Positions 1 to 12,580 of a stretch of DNA of 64,000 nucleotides are shown piece after piece (within the stretch, counting starts at the first letter, position 1; every line of letters starts with the position of its first letter). This stretch comes from Squalus acanthias. Lineage: Eukaryota. The DNA is taken from the NCBI GenBank assembly GCA_030390025.1, contig CM059432.1, forward strand, positions 118,236,001 through 118,300,000. Direction: 5' to 3'. The notes beneath the pieces were generated by a model, which was not told the origin of the DNA, did not search any database, and was given only the letters and a program-made list of their open reading frames with translations. The translations under genes and the position numbers were made by a program.

Positions 1-503
1 ACCCTGTTTATGTCTAGCCGCCAGAGGTGGGGCAGGACAAAACTTTCACTGCCAGTCCGGCATCGTCATGACCTCATCACTTATCCCGGGGACTGGATCA
101 TTTAAATATTAGAGGAGGGCACCTGTGGCAGTACCGGAACGACTGGTGCATCCACGTGCTGACCTGGTGGGATTTTGGAGCAGTGACTTGCCACTCCACT
201 ATGCAGGGGAAACAGGCCAGACTGGTTAAAGACTTTAATGGCACACATCTTCTTGGCAGCTGCTCCCTTGCTGGTAGGCCCCATATTCAAATGGAAATCG
301 CTCTCTCTAAGATATATTGCTGTTTGGACAGGGAATTGCGGGGCCCTTATGCAGGGGCACTTATTGCTGGTTGTATGGAAAGTGTAACGGGTGGGACATC
401 TGGGGAAGCCCGAGATCCCATCAAACATGGCCCCAAAATGTGATGTTGGAATGGAGAAAGTGGGCAGGTGGAATAAGTGCCTTCTTGCCACTCCGTCAGA
501 AGC

Positions 504-797
504 ACTGGATGGTGTCCTGCTATAGAAAGGAGTCTAGCTGTACAACAGTCTTAATTACAAGCATGGTGTTTCCATCATTCTCTACCTTACACTCTTACAC
601 TAGGAACTGCACCTTGACATGGTGGGAAGACTCTGGACAGACAGCAGTGGAAGAATGTGGTTGCCTTGCGTGCCAGCAAGTAATCTGTAATCTTCTGTCC
701 TAGTTTATCAGTAGCCTTCTTCTTCAAGCTAACATCATGCATATACTTAAGACTGTTACACAGCTCGACTCATTTCTGTAGCAGAGCACCATCCAGT
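504..797. repeat. 67-bp imperfect inverted repeat (arms 504-570 and 731-797)
   Basis: Ungapped hand alignment of actggatggtg...gcatggtgtt against the reverse complement of 731-797 gives 56/67 matches; spacer 160 bp. Confidence 0.8.
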
Positions 798-941
798 TCT
801 CCTGTTTACAGATGTCTTTCTCCTTCAAACTCCTTTGAGCTCTGCTGTTAAACTCGAAACAGAAACCTCCTCTTTTTAGCTGCTGATGTTTAAAACATGA
901 TGCCAGGCAATCTGACCTATCAATCACATTCCACCATGGCT

Positions 942-1177
942 GAAACAAAAACAGAACTTTCTGGAGACACTCAGCAGGTCAGGTAACAGCTGTCGAGAGA
1001 ACAAATGTCAACGTTCCTGGTACGAGAACCTTCCTCAGAACTGCATCTTACAGGTAGACGGCTTCCAGTGCTGAGAAACATTGACTTGTGCTCTTTCGAC
1101 AGATTCTGCCTGACCTGCTGAGAGTCTCCAGCAATTTCTGGTTTTGTTTCAGATTTCCAGCAACAGCAGTATTTTGC
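942..1177. mobile_element. Degenerate short Penelope-derived (pLTR-like) repeat with inverted arms
   Basis: aaaacagaa...ctggagacactcagcaggtcagg arm and its reverse complement ctgcctgacctgctgagagtctccagc...ttcagatttccagc; same family as 18008-18727 and 61855-61985. Confidence 0.7.
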
Positions 1178-1605
1178 TGATCGGCCACTAAGGTTGAAGT
1201 TTTGTCTAAAACTATATAAATACATGTCCAAATAACGTCAGCATGTAGCATTGAAAATAAGTGCTTAGTATGTGGTGGTCAACAAGTTTGGTTCCAAAAT
1301 TTCTCCAATGAATGACCAACCAAATATAAAAGGCAGGGCTCTTTATCTGATTATACCTTTGCTTATCATGTTTTATGGGTCAACAGTTAGTCCTCTATGA
1401 TCTTGTAGATGCATTAACCCACTAGTGCTGGGTTGGCTGCCAGCTTTTCCTACACCTCTGTCAAGTTCTGGTGGGTCTCAGGAATGGTTTTCTCTGAGTT
1501 TCAAGCTTTCCTTTTTACAATGCTAACTGAGAATATCAACAAGAACAGAAATCAAGTACAGGTATCAGAATATGAACGTCACAAGAGTACTTTGGGAAAT
1601 TCTAC

Positions 1606-2046
1606 AAATAGAAACATAGAAACTAGGAGCAGGAGTAGGCCATTCGGCCCGTCGAGCCTGCTCCACCATTCAATACGATCATGGCTGATCATCCAAATCC
1701 AGTACCCTGTCCCTGCTTTCTCACACAGAATCCCCATCAAACCTGCACCGACACATATCCCACCCTATCCCCGTAACCCCACATATTTAATTCCCCCTAA
1801 CATATCCCATCCTATCCCTGTAACCCCACATATTTAATCCCCCCCTAACACTAAGGGTCAATTTATCATAGCCAAATCAACCTAACCCGCACATTTTTGG
1901 ACTGTGGAAGGAAACGGAGCACCCGGAGGAAACCCACGCAGACACGGGGAGAATGTGCAAACTCCACACAGACAGTCACCCGAGACCAGATTCGAACCCG
2001 GGTCCCTGGCGCTGTGAGGCACCAGTGCTAACCACTATGCCACCGT
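1606..2046 (-). mobile_element. tRNA-derived V-SINE (HE1-like) with CR1/HER1-derived 3' tail
   Basis: Minus strand: A box ggtggcatagtgg, B box gggttcgaatc, V-domain gtctgtgtggagtttgcacattctccccgtgtctgcgtgggtttcctccgggtgctcc; tail matches the CR1 3' ends in this window. Confidence 0.9.
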
Positions 2047-2806
2047 ATAACAATTTGAAATTTAAAATGAAGCGACTGCAGTTTAATTGCTATTAAAATA
2101 GGAAACGTACAGCGGGTCTTCAGAAAGAGAATGATAGGCTTATGTTTTGAATGGGCCACTTTATCTACAGTTTGTTCATTTAAAAGAGCTTTTCACCACC
2201 ATGACTCCTTTTAAAATATCAATTTGCCACAAAGGATTATCAATAAGATTCTTTCCTTTAGTTTGGCTGTGATTTCTGTCTGTTGCTTAAAAATCTTTAT
2301 TGTTGCTGTTTAAACGGTGCCAAGAAGTAAATCACTTGTCCCCACTCCGTCAGAAGTTCTCGAAGAAAATTTTACAACCCCAATTTCCTTCCCCTTGTCT
2401 GCTGGATTTCTGCCCCATTGAAGAGCTGAATTTTCCTGCTTATATCTTGGGTGATGTTAATATAAAAGTACATGACCACTTCGATCAGGTAGCAGTTTAG
2501 CTGCTTTATTGAAACATTTCCAACACCCTCCACATTGCACTCCTTCTCGAGGAACTGCAACTTGACCTAATGGGAAGGATTGTGGGATCCCATGACCCTA
2601 ACAGCTCTGAGAGGTCGCACAACACCAGGTTATAGTCCAACAGTTTTATTTTAAATCACAAGCTTTCGGAGTTACAACTCCTTCGTCGGGTGAAGTGAGG
2701 AGATACAGAATCGTCAAAGCATATATAGATAGAGAACAATGCATGTGTAACTTACCAGTTACGAGACACCGCCAAACAGACGAGGCAACGGAACTACGCT
2801 GCCTAC

Positions 2807-5127
2807 ATGCGCATCAAGAACAGGAAGCTTGAGAAACTCGGCATCACCACCAGCAGCAACCAAGCCTCCCCCGGTACCACGGCTGCAACCACAGGGAAGT
2901 CCATCGTCAATTTGTCCGACCATACCCTTCAACCAGACGAAATCGAAGTTCTCGCCCTAGGGCTCAAGTTCTGCCCAACCACCAAAATGGACCCCATCGG
3001 TCTCGCGGCAGACACGGAGGAATTCATCAGGAGAATGAGGCTCCGGGAATACTTCCACAAATCCCAAGATGTCAGCAACAAACCCAATGAGACAATCAAT
3101 GATCCAGAACAGCAGACAGAGGGACTCGCAGTGCAGCAACCGAAGAAAAAAGAGTCAAACTGGACCCCTCCAGAGGGTCGCTGCCCCAAGCTTGACATGT
3201 ATGCTCAAGCTGTCAGAAGATGCATCAACGCCAGATTCATCAGCCGCACTCACAAGACAGTCCAGAATGTCACCCGAGCACAACGCAACGCCATCCACGC
3301 TCTCAAGACCAACCGCAACATCGTCATCAAACCAGCGGACAAAGGAGGAGCCATCGTCATACAGAACAGAACGGACTATTGTAAAGAACCATACCGACAA
3401 CTGGACAACCAGGAACACTACAGACAGCTACCCGCAGATCCGACCAAAGAACACACCCGCCAACTCAATAGACTGATCAAGACCTTCGATCCAGACCTTC
3501 AAAACATCCTACGCGCTCTCATCCCACGTACTCCCCGCGTGGGAGACTTCTACTGCCTCCCAAAGATACACAAAGCCAACACACCCGGACCTCCTATCGT
3601 ATCAGGCAACAGAACCCTGTGTGAGAACCTCTCTGGATACGTCAAGGGCATTCTGAAACCCATCGTACAGGGAACCCCCAGCTTCTGTCGCGACACTACA
3701 GACTTCTTACAGAAACTCAGCACCCACGGACCAGTTGAACCAGGAACACTCCTCGCCACGATGGACGTATCGGCACTCTACACCAGTATCCCCCACGATG
3801 ATGGCATCGCTGCGACAGCCTCAGTACTCAACACCAACAACAGCCAATCTCCAGACGCCATCCTACAACTCATCCGCTTCATCCTTGACCACAATGTCTT
3901 CACCTTCGACAACCATTTTTTTACCCAAACACACGGAACAGCCATGGGGACCAAATTCGCACCCCAATACGCCAACATCTTCATGCACAAGTTCGAGCAA
4001 GACTTCTTCACTGCACAGGACCTCCAACCAACACTGTACACCAGATACATCGACGACATTTTCTTCCTTTGGACCCATGGCGAAGGATCACTGAAAAGAC
4101 TACACGATAACATAAACAAGTTCCATCCCACCATCAAACTCACCATGGACTACTCCTCAGAATCGGTTTCATTCCTGGACACACGAATCTCCATCAAAGA
4201 CGGACACCTCAGCACTTCACTCTACCGCAAGCCCACGGACAACCTCACGATGCTCCACTTCTCCAGCTTCCAACCTAACCACGTTAAAGAAGCCATCCCC
4301 TATGGAGAAGCCCTGCGAATACACAGGATCTGCTCAGACGAGGAGGAACGCGATGGACACCTACGGACGCTGAAAAACGCCCTCGTATGAACGGGATATG
4401 ACGCTCGACTCATCGATCGACAGTTCCGACGGGCCACAGCAAAAAATCGCATAGACCTCCTCAGAAGGCAAACACGGGACACAACCAACAGGGTACCCTA
4501 CGTCGTCCAGTACTTCCCCGGGGCGGAGAAACTACGCCATGTTCTTTGCAGCCTTCAACATGTCATCGATGATGACAAACACCTCGCTAAGGCCATCCCC
4601 ACGCCTCCACTACTTGCCTTCAACAGCCGCCTAACCTCAGAAGTACCATCGTTCGCAGCAAATTACCCAGCTTTCAGGATAACAGCGACCACGACACCAC
4701 ACAACCCTGCCACGGCAAACTCTGCAAGACATGCCAGATCATCAACACAGATACCATCATCACACGTGAGGACACTACCCACCAGGTACATGGTACATAC
4801 TCATGTGACTCGGCCAACGTTGTCTACCTCATACGTTGCAGGAAAGAATGCACCGCGGCATGGTACATCGGCAAGACCATGCAGACACTGAGACAACGTA
4901 TGAACAAGCACCGCACAACAATCGCCAGGCAGGATTGTTACCTCCCAGTCGGGGAATAGTTCCGCAGTCAAGGACATTCAGCCTCGGATCTGCGGGTAAG
5001 CGTTCTCCAAGGCGGCCTTAGGAAAACACGACAACGCAAATTCATCGAGCAGAAACTGATAGCCAAGTTCCGCACTCATGAAGACGGTCTCAACCGGGAT
5101 CTTGGGTTTATGTCACGATACATGACG
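2807..5127 (+). pseudogene. Penelope reverse transcriptase / GIY-YIG endonuclease ORF (open for 527 aa, then a stop at 4388-4390 and a frameshift near 4623)
   Basis: Motifs IKPADKGG, FYCLPKIHK, MDVSALYT, GTAMG, RYIDDIF, FLD; downstream NVVYLIRC...WYIGKT..LRQRM..H is a GIY-YIG motif (~4816-4925). Confidence 0.95.
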
Positions 5128-5440
5128 TGATCCGGACTCGAGTCGTCGTTGGCTTGTTCACAGATGTGATTCCCAGTAAAAAAGTAAACATTTTAAAGTT
5201 AATCGTTTTACATACAGACGGCAGCTTTTGACACGTTAGATCCCATGCGACTCCACCTCATTGTCTCAGTTGTATCTTGCTATGTCTTTGATGTGGTACC
5301 TTCCTGGCTGACCTGATTAACTTTATCACACCTCGGCAGATAAACAGTCAGGATGATAGAATTTAGTTGTCTGCAATTGTAAGTTACACATGCATTGTTC
5401 TCTATCTATATATGCTTTGACAATTCTGTATCTCCTCACT

Positions 5441-5478
5441 TCACCCGACGAAGGAGTTGTAACTCCGAAAGCTTGTGA
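5441..5478 (+). ncRNA. Minimal type I hammerhead ribozyme-like motif in the Penelope pLTR (mirror copy on the minus strand at ~2656-2693)
   Basis: tcac CCGACGA a ggagtt-gt-aactcc GAAA gctt gtga: stem I tcac/gtga, stem II ggagtt/aactcc, palindromic AAGCTT stem III; core has C at the canonical U4. Confidence 0.75.
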
Positions 5479-5886
5479 TTTAAAATAAAACTGTTGGACT
5501 ATAACCTGGTGTTGTGCGACCTCTCAATTTTGTCCACCCCAGTCCAACACCGGCATCTCCGCATCCTAACAGCTCTGCCAGTGGGAGTATAACTCCTGGT
5601 AGGGCCACAGGTCCAAAGGTGGGACCCAGACTAAAGGCAATCCACCAGCCCTCTTGGTAGGAGGTTGTGAATCAGGCTAATGACCTGTCCATGTATAAGT
5701 GCCTCTTGTTAAAGAAACGAAAGACGAGACAATATTAACAGTTAACTGACTGGAGGAGTCACTGAGCCTCACTGTCAGGGAGCTGCATTATCATTGGCTA
5801 GAGAAACAGTCATAAGCCCAGGAATGTTACAGATTCAGCTTCGATTACATTATGATAATTCAGCTCTAATACACTGTCAGGCTCAG

Positions 5887-6553
5887 TAACTCTCCCACAC
5901 CAAGTCCCAGATTAACTCTCCGGTACCAGGTCCCAGATTAACTCTCCAGCACCAGATCCCAGATTAAATCTCCAGCACCAGATCCCAGATTTACTCTCCA
6001 GCACCAGATCCCAGATTAACTCTCCGGTACCAGATCCCAGGTTAACTCTCCGGCACCAGATCCCAGATTAACTCTCCGGCACCAGATCCCAGATTAACTC
6101 TCCAGCACCAGATCCCAGATTAACTCTCCGGTACCAGATCCCAGATTAACTCTCCCACACCAGATCCCAGATTAACTCTCCGGCACCAGATCCCAGATTA
6201 ACTCTCCCACACCAGATCCCAGATTAACTCTCCCGCACCAGATCCCAGATTAACTCTCCCACACCAGATCCCAGATTAACTCTCCCACACCAGATCCCAG
6301 ATTAACTCTCCCACACCAGATCCCAGATTAACTCTCCCACACCAGATCCCAGATTAACTCTCCAGCACCAGATCCCAGATTAACTCTCCGGCACCAGATC
6401 CCAGATTAACTCTTCCGCACCAGATCCCAGATTAACTCTCCGGCACCAGATCCCAGATTAACTCTCCCACACCAGATCCCAGATTAACTCTCCGGTACCA
6501 GATCCCAGATTAACTCTCCGGTACCAGATCCCAGATTAACTCTCCGGTACCAG
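5887..6553. repeat. Minisatellite, 26-bp unit ACCAGATCCCAGATTAACTCTCC(GGC/GGT/AGC/CAC), ~25 copies
   Basis: Directly visible head-to-tail repeat with no unique spacers. Confidence 0.97.
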
Positions 6554-6982
6554 CTCCAGACTATGTCACCAGTGCTCACTGCTTCAACAGAAAACATTCC
6601 TAAGAATCAGAAAAATGAACAAAAGCAAAGGGCGTACAAAGCATTCTTGAGGGAAGATTTTCTCTCATCATGTTTGTAGTGAAATTTTAAATTGTCATAT
6701 CAAGAAAGGTGTTATACACATCAAACAGAGAAAATCTTCCCTTCCAGCGGTCTTTGATTTTCAAAAATAACAAATTTGCGTTTCTGCAAACAAAATGCGA
6801 TGTAAAGAAGGTCCCAATTCAAGGATGCATGCTACTGGGATTGAATTTTTAGAAAACTGATAAAACAGTATCAGTCTCTAGGTTCATGTTAATCACCCAA
6901 CATGGGCACACACTTGCAAAGTCTATGAACTGTGGCAGGTGTTTTTAACAGCACTTTCACAAAACAACAGGGTCAATACTTA

Positions 6983-7455
6983 TGTCAACCAATGGCTCAT
7001 TGGGTAGCACTATCTCTTACCACTGAGTCAGAAGGTTGTGGGTTCATAGTTCCACTCCAGAGACTTGAGCACAAAAATCTAGGCTGACACTCCCAGTGCA
7101 GTACCGAGGAAGTGTTGCACTGTCAGAGGTGCCGTCTTTCAGATGAAACGTTAAACCGAGGCCCCGTCTGCTCTCTCTCAGGTGGATGAAAAAGATCCCA
7201 TGGCACTATTTCGAAGAAGAGCAGGGGAGTTGTCCCCGGTGTCCTGGCCAATATTTATCCCTCAATCAACATAACAAAAACAGATTATCTGGTCAGTATC
7301 ACATTGCTGTTTGTGGGAGCTTGCTGTGTGCAAGTTGTCTGCCGCGTTTCCTACATTGCAACAGTGACTACACTCCAAAAGTACTTCACTGGCTGTAACG
7401 TGCTTTGGGACGTCCGATGGTCGTGAAAGGTGCTATAGAAATGCAAGTTTATTTT
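6983..7455 (+). mobile_element. tRNA-derived Deu-domain SINE (SacSINE1/AmnSINE-like) with L2-type tail
   Basis: tRNA-like head, Deu core gcactgtcagaggtgccgtctttcagatgaaacgttaaaccgaggcccc...aaagatcccatggcactatt, tail gtgaaaggtgctatagaaatgcaagt. Confidence 0.88.
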
Positions 7456-7628
7456 TCATTTTGCAATAATAATAACATTCGCTATTTCAAAAATTAAATC
7501 TTGGGATAAATTGTATGGAGTAACTTTAAAGGTTTAATGGTTTAACCTTTTTTTCCAAGGGACCATTGATTTAACTACGACATATATTTCTTCCAGTTTA
7601 AACTTCAAAACAGGAGCTTTGAAACTGA

Positions 7629-8370
7629 GGCCTAGAAATGTGGCTGCACAGCACCCATTTCTTGGGCTCTAAATGGCCTCCTAAGCCTCCAATGTGACGG
7701 GCAGGAAGCGGGCAGGCACTCCTGGCCGTAACTGCGCTGCCCGCCATATTGCATATGGTAGATGTGCTCATGGCAGGAGTGCATGTTGGAAACATTTTAA
7801 GTAGAGGACAATTTATTTAAATTAGGGTCCTGCGCATCTTGCATGATCCGTTTCTAATTTTCGAATGCCCCAGTGCTTCACTCGCACAGCACAATGTGGC
7901 GCTAACTGGCAGAATGGTCCCCATATTTACCTGAATGTGAAGCTGGGAGGAGCATGCGCTCTCCTTCCAATTCCACAATAGAAGAGCACAGTACCCTCCC
8001 CCTCCACCCCTCCTGCTGCCGCTAACACCCGCCCTGGGCTACCAATAACCCCAGCCACTAATCGTTCTCCCCCACCCCACCCAAGGCCCGCGATCACTCC
8101 TGCCGAGGCCCAATCCTGTTCCCCAGCTTCCGATTTCTCCCCAGCCTCCGTTTTCCCACATACTTCTCTTACCTGAGGGCCACTGCAACGTTAGCATCCG
8201 TCCGATCTTACTTCAGTCTTTGCCGCTGGATTCTACCCGCCACCTCGACTTGATGTTAATAAGGCCCGAGGCCCAATATCAGGGGCTCCTCGGACCTCAC
8301 TATTTAGGCACAGGGATCGCACCCTGTGACTCTGCGCTCCCAGAAATGGTCGGGCCTGAATTTCTAGGCC
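7629..8370. mobile_element. Harbinger/PIF-type MITE
   Basis: TIR ggcctagaaat ... atttctaggcc; flanks tga/taa (3-bp TSD-like). Confidence 0.75.
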
Positions 8371-8384
8371 TAAGTTGCAGTTTG

Positions 8385-10001
8385 TGTAAAGTTTCGCAAT
8401 TATCGCGATTCGAAATAACGAGATAGAAGCAGATTCGTTTGATCAGTTTATTTAAACAAAATGCTGTCATGATTAAACAAGACACAGAAGCCTGTAAAAT
8501 GGCCGCCGCGCATCGTGGCAGAAGTTTCCAGAAGTACAGTGGGCAGACAAGATGGCGTTCGAATAAACATTTTCGATAAGCACTGATAAAGACAGGATGC
8601 AACCTGTTTGCATTTGTGACAATAGCAAAAGATATAAGTGCTGGAATCGTTTTCCATGCACAAGTAAGGACCATTGTACTGGGCAATCGAAGGCCCATCC
8701 AGACACATCAATACACAAATACCCCCACGGCTCTACAATGAGAGAGCCATTCACGGGTGATTAAGTCAGTATTCGAGGAGGCCCCAAAACCAGTCAGGGA
8801 GACTCCTAGCTGGTTCGACAATGGGGAAAACATTAACGGATAGTTGGCCAGCTTCAGGTGCTACCGAAACCCGTTAAAGGAAAGAATCGCCCCATGCTGG
8901 GAGTTTTGTGCACCAGTATTACACAAAGGACAAACATTAAGATTTGGGCGGGAGATAAGGGAACACAGCACTATAACTATAGTGAACAAATGTCCATCGC
9001 TCTCTCTCTTATCTGGCTGATGACTGCTGAACTTTTATTCTCCTATTCTGATCCTCGGGGATCGCTCTGCTGGACGAGCAGCCTTCTGTTTTTCTCTGGA
9101 CTCTGTTGACTATGTTGGGTGGGGCTCAAACGGAACGAGTCACCTCGACGAAGGCCAGTGACCGGGTGCACCATCCCGAGGGTCGGTAAACGGTGTCTGG
9201 ACCCGAAGGCCCGAAGAGACGAGACGAGAAGAAGAAGAAGCCACGTGCTGCCGCGGTCAGTAAACCCCGACCGCGCCCGAAAATATAAAGACCATTTTTG
9301 AACTCTAACCGGTCAAAGACTCTTCTTTGAATTCTACCGGCAACCGGTGTCGGACACAGGAAGACTCTTCTTCGAACCGGGCCCGAGCACTGTCGAGTTC
9401 TTCATGACAACGGGGAGCCCAGCCTGCTTGCAGCAGCAGCGAAAGTAAACAAGTGGGGTACAGAGACCCCTCAAAACACGTGACAGTCAGGCGCTGCAGC
9501 GAAACGAGCCGAGCGCCTCACTTTAAAATTCTCCAAAGTATCACGAGTGGTGAGCATGTTTCCCGATCCTACAAATCTAGATGTAGTGTAGGTATTGATA
9601 GGGGAGGTTGGTTTTATTAAGGATAAAGTATAATGTGTTCCCCTTTTTACGATGTGCCGTGCGTTCTTCATTACCATAGACCAAGCTTTATGAATGTATG
9701 TATACTTGTACTATCGTTAATTTGTGCCTATGACATGTACTTCATGATTTTAGACGCTATGCAATAAAGATATTCATTTCGTACTATTCAACCGGGTCTA
9801 TTTGAGTTTTTCTCTGCATTACTGCTCTCGCACCTAAGTCCAGTGTTAGAACCGTAAGGGCGAGTGGGTCGAACCACTCACAGGTGCTTATTGCAACAAG
9901 GCTGGCCGGAGACCAGAGCAAGCAATAGTATTAGGCAATGAAGGCCTAACCTCGCACCAGCACCGTCTGCGATACAAGCACGACACGCACAAACCCTTAC
10001 A
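8385..10001 (+). mobile_element. Solo LTR (1617 bp), copy 1
   Basis: Termini TGTAAAGTTT...AAACCCTTACA (TG..CA), 4-bp TSD tttg/tttg, AATAAA at ~9763; homologous throughout to 12890-14578. Confidence 0.88.
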
Positions 10002-11014
10002 TTTGAGTGCTCATTTTATTCTAATAGTGGAGCATCTGCCTCAGGAAGGGTTGAAGTCAGAAGCTGTTAAACTTAAATTACCATGACAATTTATTACTAA
10101 AGTATGGATCACGCCACTTAAAAACATAGCAGCAATATTTATACAATGACTGTGGCTTGTACTGCTATGTAATACATCTTTTAAGAAAGTTCTTTTTTGC
10201 TTGACACTAGCTGCATCACCAGGTTTCACACTGCCACCGTTATTCTCATCCAATGAACAAGGGACAAAAATAGCAATTATAAAAAGATGCAAATACCAGC
10301 TCACAAAACGCAGCCAATCCAACAGCAGTTAAATATAGAGGAATGTTCTGTGAAATTACCTATTTGGTTCCATTTGGCAGTCACTGTTTTTGCTTAGGAA
10401 GAACTGCGCAACCTCTTTCTGCTTGTCTCATTACACATCTTCAGTCCCGAGAGAGTAACACTGAGATGGAGCCACACAACCTCCATGTATTGCTGTCCCC
10501 TGATTTAAATTGTAATCTGTAAGCACATTGGAGGCCGATTTGTAAAACAGACATTCCAACTGACATCACGACCACCGGCTTATGGTGACTGAATAAGTCA
10601 AAATCTAATTTTATTGCATTGGACTTTTACTAGTGCTTTGAGTATCACATCACAATTCCATGTTTAATAATTAGGCCCACTGGTGTTTGGCGATTGAATA
10701 AGGGTTGATTTTTTTTCGAATGACAAGTGCAAAGCCGTACCCACCAGCAGTGTACGTCAGGAAATCATGGAACGGCTACACATGAATTTTTATCCATTAT
10801 AGAGTGAAAATCTTGGCAAGCCGTGACTCTGATCTTCTGAACTGGGCCAAACTTCTCATTGGAAGCATTCATTCAGAAAATCAGGCCTAATAAATCAAAT
10901 TTCATTTTTGTTGCATGGTTTTGTGCGCTCCTCTAGGTTTTTATTGGAGTTTTGGAAATGGCAAGCCAGTGGTTTTAGCTATGATGTACCAATAACAACA
11001 TCAATTTGCATTTA

Positions 11015-11490
11015 TGTCAGCTGTGGCTAAGTGGGTAGCACACTTGCCTCTGAGTCAGAAGGTTGTGGGTTCACAGTCCCACTCCAGGAACTTGAGCACC
11101 GAAATTCTAGGCTGACACTTCAGTGCAAGTACTGAGGGAGTGCGGCATTGTCGGAGGTGCTGTCTTTCGGATGAGACGTTAAACCGAGGCCCCGTTTGCT
11201 CTCTCAGGTGGACATAAAAGATCCCCAAACACTATTTCAAAGAAGAGCAGCGGAGTTATCCCCAGTGTCCTGTCTAATATTTATCCCTCAACCGACATCA
11301 ATAAAAAACAGATTATCTGGTCATTATCATATTGCTGTTTGTGGGACCTTGCTGTGCGCAAATTGGCTGCCGTGTTTCCCACATTACAACAGCGAATACA
11401 CTTAAAAAGTAATTAATTGACTGTAAAGCGCTTTGAGATATCCGATGGTCGTGAAAGGCGCTATATCAATGCAAGTTTTTCTTTCTTTTT
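11015..11490 (+). mobile_element. tRNA-derived Deu-domain SINE, second copy
   Basis: Colinear with 6983-7455; A box tggctaagtgg, Deu core, L2-like tail. Confidence 0.88.
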
Positions 11491-12580
11491 TATACATAGT
11501 CTTTAATGTAGGAAAATGTCCCAGTGCTGTGGAAGGATGCAAAATCTCCAGCTTCCCTCAGGATAAATCACCGTTGAAAAATTTTGCGATTACTTATTGA
11601 AGAAGATCCTTAAATGTTCTTACTTTTTTTTTATCTCGCCATACAAGAGGCCCAAATGCCTATTGTTCCCCAAAAAATGCTCTTTATCCAGAATAATGAA
11701 CCTCCAATAAAATCATGGAAATGTGCTGTTTTGAAAGTTGGAATCCAATTTTTTGTCAATGCCAACAAAAAGCCAGCAGCCAAGTCGTGAGGCAACTGCA
11801 GTCATGATTTTAACACTTGTAGAGAAGCTAAGAAGACACTTTACAAGTGTGAAAATCATTACTGCAGTTACATTGTGCAGTTCTGTTGTTGCTCACTGCA
11901 CAGTGGGATTAGTGTTGAAGATTTCATTAATCCTGCTGTGGAATGAGCAACAACAGAATTGCACATTGCCAACAGAGTTAATCTTGTTTGAATGATGATG
12001 CAATGGAAATTCTCGTGAACTCAGAGAAATTAAGTGAGCCCCTGGCTTATGTATTTAATAACTCACTGGAGAGACAGGGTTGCTCCCATGGAGTGGAGGG
12101 AGGCTAATGTACTACCAATATTTAAAAATGTTTATAGGCCCATAGACTTCAATTGTTGGGAAGTTACATACGAACATATGATAGGCAGGAAAAGATCAGC
12201 TGGTCCATCAAGCCTGCCCACACTCATGATGCCTGAAGCATCAGGACTAGGCCCTACCTAAGTCCCCTCAGGTATATCATCTCCTAAAAGAGGCAAAAAA
12301 CCCAGAAAAACCCGCGGCCAATAAGGGAAGAAAAATCTCGAAATTCCTCTCGGACCCCCCTCACTCGAAACGAGCCAAGGAGATCATGTTGACCATGCAT
12401 AGGACAACTGTAAGTCTACTAACCTTTTATACAGACGGGCGCATCAGAGCAAGCTGGTGACAGAATAGTTTTGCATCTCTCTCATTGACATTGCATGAGT
12501 GACTGATATGAATTATGATGCTTCAATGTGCATGCAACGTTTATCTCACATGGCTAACTCTTTCCTTTACTCCCCCACAG

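Larger units (their letters stand above)
2608..5564 (+). mobile_element. Penelope-like retroelement, 5'-truncated, with inverted pseudo-LTR and ~12-bp TSD
   Basis: RT plus GIY-YIG coding region; 2608-2755 is the reverse complement of 5379-5526 (1 mismatch seen); flanked by cctaacagctct at 2597-2608 and 5565-5576. Confidence 0.95.

Noticed and set aside
5887..6553. CRISPR-like array
   Set aside because: Units are contiguous with no unique spacers, there are no cas genes, and the context is eukaryotic.
9471..9677. Small ORF MVMKNARH... repeated at 13205-13480 as a real gene
   Set aside because: It is simply shared LTR sequence, begins at a position with no coding evidence, and the two copies end differently.
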